From positions 33,490-97,489 of IMG/VR virus record IMGVR_UViG_3300037313_000454: DNA of 64,000 nucleotides; one strand, given 5' to 3'. Within the stretch, counting starts at the first letter, position 1, and the number at the start of each line of letters is the position of its first letter. The notes beneath the pieces were generated by a model, which had not been told where the DNA came from, searched no databases, and was given only the letters and a program-made list of their open reading frames with translations. Source of the DNA: a virus (lineage: Duplodnaviria; Heunggongvirae; Uroviricota; Caudoviricetes). The translations under genes and the position numbers were made by a program. Below are positions 56,387 through 64,000 of the stretch, one piece after another.

Positions 56387-56415
56387 ATGATACCACAAAA
56401 AACTCGTTTTGTCAA
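56387..56415 (-). promoter_or_regulatory. sigma70-type promoter, TTGACA-17-TGgTATCAT (minus strand)
   Basis: Reverse complement of 56410-56415 is TTGACA and of 56387-56392 is TATCAT. Followed by an RBS and the rsr-like ATG. Confidence 0.55.
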
Positions 56416-56660
56416 GGACAAAGTGTACATGGGTAATCTTCGTGAGGCTCAAAATGTACAGGAAAGGCGGTAGTGTTCATCGCCATCATGAGTCTTTGAA
56501 CTTTCTGCCTATTCTCTTTAGTGTTATGTGTAGCGCACAACACCGAGTTGGGCCAGATAGTTTCACGCCTTGAGTCAAGATACCCGAAAAATTTATCGTT
56601 CATATGCAGGCTCAAACTTGTGATGGTCTTGGGGAGCTTTACAAGAGAAGCCAGCACCAC
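56412..56660 (-). CDS. hypothetical protein
   Basis: 82-aa ORF. Confidence 0.3.
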   Translation of the reverse strand: MVLASLVKLPKTITSLSLHMNDKFFGYLDSRRETIWPNSVLCATHNTKENRQKVQRLMMAMNTTAFPVHFEPHEDYPCTLCP

Positions 56661-56835
56661 CAGACTTACTACACTCTTCCATGGTCATGTGGAAGTTGCC
56701 CTTAGCCCCCTGCTCACACTTTTTACATACATCGGTGAATGGCTCAAGGGCATCGTCAACTTCTTTGAGCATCCCGTTTATCTGCATTTTCAAACGCAGA
56801 AGGAAGTCGAGTGAAGCGTGTTGTTCGTCGGTCAT
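56593..56835 (-). CDS. hypothetical protein
   Basis: 80 aa. Overlaps the 56412 ORF. Only one of the two may be real. Confidence 0.3.
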   Translation of the reverse strand: MTDEQHASLDFLLRLKMQINGMLKEVDDALEPFTDVCKKCEQGAKGNFHMTMEECSKSGGAGFSCKAPQDHHKFEPAYER

Positions 56836-56836
56836 A

Positions 56837-57091
56837 CTACTCCTTCAAAATTACGATAGGTTCAGGGAATGGGCAGCCATCCACGGTCATGACGATTCCC
56901 CTATCAGGCACTACACGCGGGGCCATCTTGCCTGTGCATTTTACCGCGCGGCCATCTTCGCGCCAGTACCACTTCCACTTCTTTTTGGGGGCGGTTTGAA
57001 CCTTGACCACATAGCGTAGCTCGACAGGCTTACGCTCCGGCAATAACTGTGGCTTACCGATGGACATGAACAAGGCAAGGGTTAGAATCAT
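56837..57091 (-). CDS. hypothetical protein
   Basis: 84-aa ORF. Confidence 0.4.
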   Translation of the reverse strand: MILTLALFMSIGKPQLLPERKPVELRYVVKVQTAPKKKWKWYWREDGRAVKCTGKMAPRVVPDRGIVMTVDGCPFPEPIVILKE

Positions 57092-57549
57092 TCTTTTGTC
57101 CTGAACTTAGCGGCCAGACTACGCTCTTTGTCTTCGACTTCGGCGCGATTGGGGGTAGCCACGGGTTTCCATTCCCAGTATTCCCTTAAACCGGGCGTCT
57201 GAATCCACTTTTTCCATTCGATGGGAAGTATACAGTTTGACGGCGCGAACATGAAGAAAGGTGCAATATAAGGGTCTTTGTACCCCGCTAAACCACACCC
57301 AATCCGACTGACCTTGAACCGATACCGTGGCTTAGACTCCGCATAGTCGAGGAACACATGGATGTGATGACGGATTCTGTCCAAAGACATGGTTTTGATA
57401 TTCATGTCCTTGGTGGGAATAGCGTAGGCTGAACCAGTACGCCCGATACCCTCACCCATCACGGCATGGCAGTTCTCATGCGCCCATTTCGCCGCACCTG
57501 CACCGTGGATACCTGCGAGATTGCTACCGAATACGAAGATTTCACTCAT
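57088..57549 (-). CDS. hypothetical protein
   Basis: 153 aa starting MSEIFVFGSNLAGIHGAGAA. Confidence 0.5.
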   Translation of the reverse strand: MSEIFVFGSNLAGIHGAGAAKWAHENCHAVMGEGIGRTGSAYAIPTKDMNIKTMSLDRIRHHIHVFLDYAESKPRYRFKVSRIGCGLAGYKDPYIAPFFMFAPSNCILPIEWKKWIQTPGLREYWEWKPVATPNRAEVEDKERSLAAKFRTKE

Positions 57550-57749
57550 TAAAGTTCTCCAATACCAAACGGGTTTGACTCCCGATACCGTTCCACTTGG
57601 CTGAAGGCATCATTTGCCATGCGGAAGATTTGCTGAATTTCTGGCATGAAATGACCACCCGCCATCACCGTGGCCATGAAATTAGCCACAAAGGTTGCGA
57701 TAAAGTCTTCTCGGTTCATAAGAGTCCTGCGGTCGTTCGATTCTTGCAC
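57549..57749 (-). CDS. hypothetical protein
   Basis: The track start is GTG. An internal ATG at 57719 lies immediately downstream of the 13-bp palindrome. Confidence 0.35.
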   Translation of the reverse strand: MQESNDRRTLMNREDFIATFVANFMATVMAGGHFMPEIQQIFRMANDAFSQVERYRESNPFGIGEL

Positions 57750-57948
57750 ACTGTGCGGGTTGCTTCTCCGGTTACATCGTTTTCACGGGTGAGTGTGGAA
57801 GCAATCGCGGGTAATGTACACCGCATACACTCAGCCGTAGCTATGTCGCTGGTTTGTCTCTTGAACACGCCGAGCAAATGACCACGCATCTCAGCTTGTT
57901 CACGGGCTTTGTTCTGTACAAACGCCAAATTGTAGGGCAAGGGGTCAC

Positions 57949-58131
57949 CTAGTTGTATTGAATAGCGTAGTAAATAACGTAGAACCATCCAAAGATACCA
58001 TGCAGGATAGCCCACAAGATGCTGTGCCATTTTGCATAGGAGATGACCATTGCAAGGCAAGCACCAAATCCAATTCCTTCACTCACATGGGAGTTGTCAG
58101 ACATATGTTTCCTTTTTAGCCATAAGGCCAT
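57949..58131 (-). CDS. small membrane protein
   Basis: 60 aa with two hydrophobic segments. Confidence 0.3.
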   Translation of the reverse strand: MALWLKRKHMSDNSHVSEGIGFGACLAMVISYAKWHSILWAILHGIFGWFYVIYYAIQYN

Positions 58132-58237
58132 GTTTTACCTCATGTAACGCGGTTCGTCGTAATCCCGGCTTTTGGTGCGGATTACCATGTCCAACTGGAT
58201 ACGGTCAAGCGGGTCTTTCAGGTCGTACCCGTCCGTA

Positions 58238-58537
58238 TCAATGGACAACAGCGTTGATTGTGAGTTTTCTTTTGGTGGGTACGTTGTGGACGGGATTGCT
58301 TTCTGCATAGGTCGGGGCTTCTCCATCTAAGACGATGCCAAGGTCATGCACAAAGTCATGTAACGCCGCGCTACTAGTGAAATACACTTGTACGGGCTGG
58401 CCGAAAGAATCCGTTAGCTCGATGAACAAGGAATCATCAGGGGCGTCGGTGTCAACGTGTTCGATGCGCGGGTTACAAATCACTTGAAGCAACTCCCATC
58501 TTTGTTGTGTTTGCTTTCCCAACCCATACACTTCCAA
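58238..58537 (-). CDS. hypothetical protein
   Basis: 99-aa ORF. Confidence 0.35.
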   Translation of the reverse strand: MEVYGLGKQTQQRWELLQVICNPRIEHVDTDAPDDSLFIELTDSFGQPVQVYFTSSAALHDFVHDLGIVLDGEAPTYAESNPVHNVPTKRKLTINAVVH

Positions 58538-58866
58538 CAGTGTGACTGAGGGATAGGAGCAGGCTGAATGTAGCCTTTCATCAACAAGTCGTTAGCTTCC
58601 GCTAAAGTCTTGGGAGTGAATATCTGATACCCATGCGCAACTTCTCGAATGAAGTGCGTGTGACGCTTGGGCATACCTTCCCATGCAAAAACTGTGCCAG
58701 ATTTCGGAAGCTGATAAGGTTCTTTCTTATCAAGGTCGTAGATGATTTGCTCTGAGTAGTACATGTTTATCTCCATCTCGGTGGCAAAGGGGCTTTGCTG
58801 ACACGGTGGCGATACTTCTTCACACGGCGCAAGAATACGAACATCAAACCGCCGAAGAATACCCAC
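58480..58866 (-). CDS. hypothetical protein
   Basis: 128-aa ORF. Confidence 0.4.
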   Translation of the reverse strand: MGILRRFDVRILAPCEEVSPPCQQSPFATEMEINMYYSEQIIYDLDKKEPYQLPKSGTVFAWEGMPKRHTHFIREVAHGYQIFTPKTLAEANDLLMKGYIQPAPIPQSHCWKCMGWESKHNKDGSCFK

Positions 58867-59370
58867 GGGAAGAAGATGATGAACAAACCAAGTGTTTTCA
58901 TTCGAATCTGTCCTCTAATTCGATTATCTTGAGCCGATTCAACTCTGCAAGTTGTGCAGCTATCTCAGCCAACAGATAATTGGTAAGACGCACATCTGAC
59001 GTGCCTGAGGATTCCTTTTGCACGAATTCACGAATCTCTTTAGCGTCCATTGAAGAACAACCTCATTTGTTTGGGTTTGGCCTGACACACAGAGATGAAA
59101 ATGTTATGGGGTGTGACCATCATGACCTTACCACAGAAACGGTGGTCACCTTTACAGCATTCAACCGTGGTGAGCCAGCGTTTAGCTCTGGGCGTCAAGG
59201 TCGAGTAGGAAGTCGATGACTTGCTCTCGTTCTTCTGGGGTGCTAATCGGCTTACATGCTGCGATGTGTTCAGCATCGTCTTTGGCTCCGATAGTCCATG
59301 CGGCTTGTTGCATTTCCAACAGTTCTTCGTTGGACTTAGCCTCCAACATCTCTCTGGTTAGCTCCACAAG

Positions 59371-59643
59371 CTATCTCCTAAGCCTCAATTCTTCAAGGGC
59401 TTGGTCGCAATACACGGTGATGCACAGCCCAATCACCCAGAACATACCGAACAGGGCGATGTTGGGGAAGTTGAAATCAATGACCCACAATGCCCACTCA
59501 ATGAGCATGGTAATGAACACGCCGAACGCAAAAGCATAGACCATGCTAATGACTCTGCGTAAGTTGTTGATTCGGTCGATTTCATTCCAGTGAGGCAGAC
59601 AATATCCACTAGGCAGATACTCTTCACATTCACCGTGACACAT
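59371..59643 (-). CDS. small membrane protein
   Basis: 90 aa. TM segments FAFGVFITMLIEWALWVI and MFWVIGLCITVY. Confidence 0.4.
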   Translation of the reverse strand: MCHGECEEYLPSGYCLPHWNEIDRINNLRRVISMVYAFAFGVFITMLIEWALWVIDFNFPNIALFGMFWVIGLCITVYCDQALEELRLRR

Positions 59644-59774
59644 AAGCCCTCCATTGGATATTGGGTAGCATTATCTGCGGCTATTGATTCACGCAACAGC
59701 ATTGCCGATTGCCTTGCGGATTTCTCAGACTCACACACCCAATATCCAATGCAGGGCTTAACCCTGCACGAAAC

Positions 59775-60245
59775 TTACACCGACTGAAGCAGAGTGACGT
59801 ACTCGCTGCCCATGTCGAGTTCGAGCGTCTCGTCCTTGGCCAGCTTCAGGATGAGAAGCTGCTTCTCATACAGATTCGGCTTCGGAATGGCGGCGCTGTC
59901 CTTGATGCCAAGACGCGAAAGGAGCGTAGTGACCGATGCTTGCACGTCTCCTTTGGTATAGCCCGGACGATTGAGCGTGTTTGGAGAGGTGAATTGCTTG
60001 TCGATGACAGCTTTTATCGCTGTCACCAACGAACCTTCCACATCATTGGCGGCTGCGGCAACGGCTGCATCGTATGCAGCTTGGTTGCTTTTCGCCTTGT
60101 CTTCGATGGCCTTGATAAGCTCAAGGCGATTGACGTTGATTTTAGTAGACATAGTTTCCTTTTTGCTGATGGATTTTGTTAAGCCCTGTACGAACTTAGT
60201 TCTTACCGAAGCCGATGTTCCATTCGATGTTACTCTCATGGTCAC
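59775..60245 (-). CDS. hypothetical protein
   Basis: 156 aa. Low-complexity N-terminus. The start may be at an internal Met. Confidence 0.4.
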   Translation of the reverse strand: MTMRVTSNGTSASVRTKFVQGLTKSISKKETMSTKINVNRLELIKAIEDKAKSNQAAYDAAVAAAANDVEGSLVTAIKAVIDKQFTSPNTLNRPGYTKGDVQASVTTLLSRLGIKDSAAIPKPNLYEKQLLILKLAKDETLELDMGSEYVTLLQSV

Positions 60246-60897
60246 CAGCCTGTTGCCAATACCGCACCTTCACCTTGTCCCCAGCATGGACTTGGAATAC
60301 GTGTCCATTGGCGGACTGTAGGTCTTCAGTGTGACCGTCGGCATCCACACCACGGGTGATAGTGTGAATCAACTGCCCGTTGATGTAATACTCAACCCGG
60401 CCAGATTGGTCACTGTTTCGTGTACCAATGGTGTCCGTATCGTCGATAGTGAAGTTGCCAATCCATCCATCTTCGGGGATGACTACTCCACCATTGACAT
60501 CAGGGGTAGTGCATCGCCCATCAAGGCGATTACCCAAGCCAAAGGGGACAACGGCTGCCACACTAACGGGTGGATTAGGCAATGTACCGCAAAAGCCCGA
60601 GATGTTGTTCCGGCCAATGGTTGGTACAGATGGGGCTTGCGCATTCGCCGTAGGTACAAGGCTCCAATTGAAGTCTTGTGCCACTGTCTTCTTTACCGAT
60701 TGCGTGGCATAGAAGAACGTCTTGCTTGGAGACATGCGAAATAGCTGTTTGACTACGGTGATTGTCGAACCACCGCCGCCATTGCTGGGTGGATTGTTGG
60801 GGTTTTGCGACGTTCCACCGCCGCCACAAGCGGCGATGAAAGCCACAAGGAGAAGCACCATGACCGCCGAGGTCAGGATGCGACGTACTGTGTTCAT
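60196..60897 (-). CDS. secreted lipoprotein
   Basis: Signal plus lipobox LLLVAFIAAC, then GGGGTSQNPNNPPSNGGGGS. Confidence 0.5.
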   Translation of the reverse strand: MNTVRRILTSAVMVLLLVAFIAACGGGGTSQNPNNPPSNGGGGSTITVVKQLFRMSPSKTFFYATQSVKKTVAQDFNWSLVPTANAQAPSVPTIGRNNISGFCGTLPNPPVSVAAVVPFGLGNRLDGRCTTPDVNGGVVIPEDGWIGNFTIDDTDTIGTRNSDQSGRVEYYINGQLIHTITRGVDADGHTEDLQSANGHVFQVHAGDKVKVRYWQQAGDHESNIEWNIGFGKN

Positions 60898-60914
60898 ATT
60901 GTCCTTATTGTCCG

Positions 60915-61139
60915 CTAGTTGCGGGGAACTGGGTCATACGCATAATCCCACTCATGAACGAGATAGGATATTGCGTCGGCTTCTCGCTGTGTATGGAGAT
61001 AGCCTTGAACTTTGGGACGAATCATGCCCTTGTCAATGGTGAAATTATCCTCAAGGACATCAAGGGCTTCAGAGTCGTCGCCGGGAAACTTATCACGCAA
61101 CCACTGTGGGGCTTGCGGCATATTTATTGCATCTCCCAA
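60915..61139 (-). CDS. hypothetical protein
   Basis: 74-aa ORF. Confidence 0.35.
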   Translation of the reverse strand: MGDAINMPQAPQWLRDKFPGDDSEALDVLEDNFTIDKGMIRPKVQGYLHTQREADAISYLVHEWDYAYDPVPRN

Positions 61140-61384
61140 CGGTCAGGATTAGGGATACCGCCCTTGTCATCTTCACCCCAAAACTGGGGCACTTTCCAAC
61201 ATGGTTCACAATTCTGGAACATCACCCAGTTATTGTACGCATCAGCGTACTGGCGATGGGTGATACGGTCAAGCGCGGCTTGCGCTTTGTTCCACAGCCA
61301 CATACGAATAGAATCCATTACGCCGCCTTTGCCATCGCTGAAACGCAGAGATGGGGATTGTCGCACGTCAAACACCCGGTACAT
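61124..61384 (-). CDS. hypothetical protein
   Basis: 86-aa ORF. Confidence 0.35.
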   Translation of the reverse strand: MYRVFDVRQSPSLRFSDGKGGVMDSIRMWLWNKAQAALDRITHRQYADAYNNWVMFQNCEPCWKVPQFWGEDDKGGIPNPDRWEMQ

Positions 61385-61539
61385 CTAGGGCAAATGTCGT
61401 GTTCAAGATGGGGATAATACTTAGACAGCACTCGCTCCACAATATCGTGGACAGTCTTTGGCCGTTGATGCGGGGCTGTCCAAACCAACGCGAGAGGTTT
61501 AGGACGGGCCATGGTTACTACCTGCTTTCTGAGGGTCAA
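61318..61539 (-). CDS. hypothetical Cys-containing protein
   Basis: 73 aa with CPRCTGCLTC. Confidence 0.35.
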   Translation of the reverse strand: MTLRKQVVTMARPKPLALVWTAPHQRPKTVHDIVERVLSKYYPHLEHDICPRCTGCLTCDNPHLCVSAMAKAA

Positions 61540-62040
61540 TTACAACGTATTGGCGAGTGGTCGCTACTGGGACACAAAGACCAGTACTCATCGCTGGTTT
61601 TGGGAGGTTCCGCTATAGCAGGATACTCCCTCTATCAATGTGTCCTAGTAGCCCCACTCGCTCAAAAATGAGGCTACTTACTGCTTACTACACACAATTT
61701 CAACTGTAATTCACACAATTAACTCATTTGGTTAACGGTATCGCATGGTCGTTTCTCCGTGTCGCTTGACGTTGTTTGCGTTACTGGTTTAGGGATTTAC
61801 CGTATCTGAACGGAGTTACCCCATCTGTATGACCGCAGAAATTCCCCTAGGGCGTTCCGCGTCCCGCCGACGTTTCATCCGACCTCACCCATTGATTAAA
61901 TAGATTTATCGGGTTATCAGGAATATATGCGGTCATTTGGACACTCTACTCAGTCCCTACTCAAAGGGGAAGATGGTTAATCCAATCGCGGCTGGATACT
62001 GAGCTATCCAATTAAGATTGTAGCATCTTCAAGAGTGCCC

Positions 62041-62070
62041 AAAAAACCGCACACTATGCAGTGTGTGCGG
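62041..62070 (-). terminator. rho-independent terminator (minus strand)
   Basis: ccgcacac-tatgcagt-gtgtgcgg is a perfect 8-bp stem. On the minus strand a T6 run follows it. It lies just downstream of gene 62094..62408. Confidence 0.6.
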
Positions 62071-62093
62071 CTGCGCATCATCGCGCAGAGGTT

Positions 62094-62408
62094 TTACGCG
62101 GCGACTTCGGTGGTCTTCTTGAACGAGAGGCTGCTGCGGTTCGCTTCGATGAACTGACCGATGGGCGATGCGGCAAACTGCTCGTGCGTGAGGCCGAAGG
62201 CTTCTTTGGCAACACGTTCCGCAGCCTGCGGATACATGTTGATGGGGAAGCGTCCCGTGCCGTAGATGCTGACGACGCCCTTGTTTTTGCTGGCCTTATA
62301 GGACAGTTTGGGGGCAACGCCAGCCTTTTTCTTCTGCGCTTCGGCAAGCGCAGCCTGCGTTTCGGCAAGCTGTGCTTCCAACTGCGCCCGAGTCAAACGG
62401 GTGGACAT
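62094..62408 (-). CDS. hypothetical protein (right-most minus-strand gene)
   Basis: 104 aa. Strong RBS aaggagaaacaaat before the ATG. A palindrome and a hairpin lie upstream. Confidence 0.5.
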   Translation of the reverse strand: MSTRLTRAQLEAQLAETQAALAEAQKKKAGVAPKLSYKASKNKGVVSIYGTGRFPINMYPQAAERVAKEAFGLTHEQFAASPIGQFIEANRSSLSFKKTTEVAA

Positions 62409-64000
62409 ATTTGTTTCTCCTTCGCTGATTGGACTGTGTACAGTCCATACCCCACCCTGAGGATGGGGTACACACTACACACAAGGAAGAACAATAGGCC
62501 ATCACACTCTTAGCCTAGCTAACCCACTAGTAGCCGTCCGCACCGGAGCGCATCAAACGACTGGTCGAGCCAGTGTGCTAGTGGTATCTAACGCAACGCG
62601 AGCGTTAGTAAAGTTGGGGATTGGCGCGACTTAGGGTATAGTGCATGAGTACCCAGTCAATGCCTAGGATTCTGCAATAGCCTGAGAATCCCTCAAAGTA
62701 ATAGAACTCTGATTCGTTGTGGGAAGCGAGAATCCATCGCTTCCAGAGGTAAAACAAGGCACCAGCCGTATACATAGTTTCACCTGTATGAGTAAGTCTT
62801 AGGACATTTGGGACAGAGTACGCACATACAGAGCGTAGCAGCGTTCCTCAGTGCCCAACACGTACACGGTACAGTCTTTGTACTCGTAGTACGAGAGAAG
62901 TCTGCCAAACTTAATTGGCGGCGGTAGCGGCATAATTCACCTGTATGGGCGATATGTTTTGGGTGGTTTATACGTAGGGAATTCCACCCACTTGCCCGGA
63001 TTCATCTCTGCCCTATATACCAGCGCAGAGACATCGTAATCCCCTATTTGCTCCAAGTCGAACTTACCCACTAGACACACTATGCCCGTGGGATTGCGAA
63101 CTTCAAAAGGCTTGGGAGCAAGGGGGTCGGCCATGCGTATAGCCATAGTTGCCATATGGTACACCCCTGCGTGAGTAAGTGACACAATCGCTTATCAGTC
63201 GCTTATGCGGCTTCGGACGTGGCCACAGGTTCCTGCGTGGTCAGTACAAGCATAGCTCACGTTAGTTGTAAGATAGTGTCACTTACACACGCCACGCACA
63301 GACCGTCCGCTAGGGCACTCTGCTGTGCGTGTACGTAGTGTTACCAAAGGGAAATTCACAGACATTGGTCGTGTCTGACTACTGCATTGGGGGTTAGGTT
63401 GGAATAATGGCCTACTCGATAGTCTGAGTCGCAACGTTTCCAGTCACCTATAGCCAATGGTTCATTAGCATTTTGTGACTACCGGAATTGTAGTCGCTTT
63501 ACGGGGCTGTATTGTCCGGTGCCATAGAGGGTAACGTATCGCCAGTGGCCTACTCCGTTACCATACGCATACATCGTGATTCCAGTATGGCTATCAGCCA
63601 TATCTTCACGCCGTATACTTACGACAGACTGCTTGCGTCTGCCGTGGGTGTTCGCTCACACCCATCCCTTATGTAGAAGGGACTCATCCCCACTTTTGGC
63701 TAGTGGAGGCGACCAGTCAATACAGCATGTGACACTCTCATCGTGCGTGTTAGGCACATTTCGGCGTTTCCCTAACCGACTCAACGTGATAGGGGATACT
63801 ATAGGCAAGCCAGAGGCGTATTACTGCCTCTAAGAGTCCGTTATTTCGGAGTAGGGGAGTGCCCCTACCTGTCGGTAGACACTTATCCGATAGCTGTTTC
63901 TGTGCAGGTCAGGGACTCTTAGTTGCGTCCACGAAGGATAGTGGGTACTAAACACATTCCCCCCTTATGGTGGCCGTTCCCGTTCGTGCGCCGTTTTAAT

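Noticed and set aside
62431-62446. LexA box interpretation of GGACTGTGTACAGTCC
   Set aside because: The CTGT...ACAG arms are separated by 2 nt, not the 8 nt of CTGT-N8-ACAG.
1-64000. CRISPR arrays, integrase/attP, transposases
   Set aside because: No regularly spaced direct repeats with unique spacers. No tyrosine or serine recombinase motifs were recognised in any ORF.

Overview
This 64 kb window looks like part of a virulent tailed dsDNA phage (Caudoviricetes) of a Gram-negative host, about 48-50% GC. Positions 1-9657 are + strand. They hold the end of a structural module: the 3' end of a tail gene and a 1708-aa tail fiber (host-specificity protein) with three carbohydrate-binding-like jelly-roll repeats, a Gly-rich linker and a C-terminal Hint-like (bacterial intein-like, BIL) domain. 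A short + operon follows, driven by a perfect sigma70 consensus promoter: metallophosphoesterase-like, dNMP kinase-like, trypsin-like lipoprotein protease, membrane/coiled-coil protein. From 9662 to 62408 almost every gene is on the - strand. Nucleotide metabolism: ThyX, a class II-like ribonucleotide reductase, an HD hydrolase, a HAD phosphatase. Replication and recombination: a T7 gp4-like primase-helicase, an SF2 DEAH helicase, RecA, a Cas4/RecB-like Fe-S nuclease, a PD-(D/E)XK nuclease-like protein, an HNH endonuclease, a C5-cytosine methyltransferase-like protein. Lysis: a peptidase M15 endolysin and a 3-TM holin-like protein on a leaderless transcript. A sugar-modification cluster carries a zinc ribbon, a SAM methyltransferase, an NAD epimerase/dehydratase and a GT-B glycosyltransferase. 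Envelope genes include an RlpA-like protein, an outer-membrane beta-barrel, an SPFH lipoprotein and a trypsin-like lipoprotein. A small alarmone (ppGpp) hydrolase and a DksA/TraR-like zinc finger are present. A peptide-ligase style cluster holds an ATP-grasp enzyme, a class II glutamine amidotransferase, two amidoligase-like proteins and a GGCT. There is also an RNA-ligase-like protein, a Pol-beta nucleotidyltransferase and many small ORFs. One canonical tRNA-Leu(UAG) is present. The most unusual content is a Ro60/Rsr (TROVE + vWA) ortholog next to a tandem array of tRNA-mimicking modules of ~100-180 nt. In these modules a T-arm plus 3' acceptor strand sits directly upstream of its complementary 5' acceptor strand plus D-arm, a permuted, Y-RNA-like topology. 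Related tRNA-like-bracketed RNAs of 250-380 nt ending in CCA occur at three other loci. All are punctuated by an AAGTTT(A)TG / TTAAAGTTTG junction motif. Other notable signals are a family of near-perfect TTGACA-17-TGnTATAAT promoters, a 13-bp palindrome present four times, and two genes (RecA and the C5 methyltransferase) whose conserved N-termini lie in frame upstream of any ATG/GTG/TTG.
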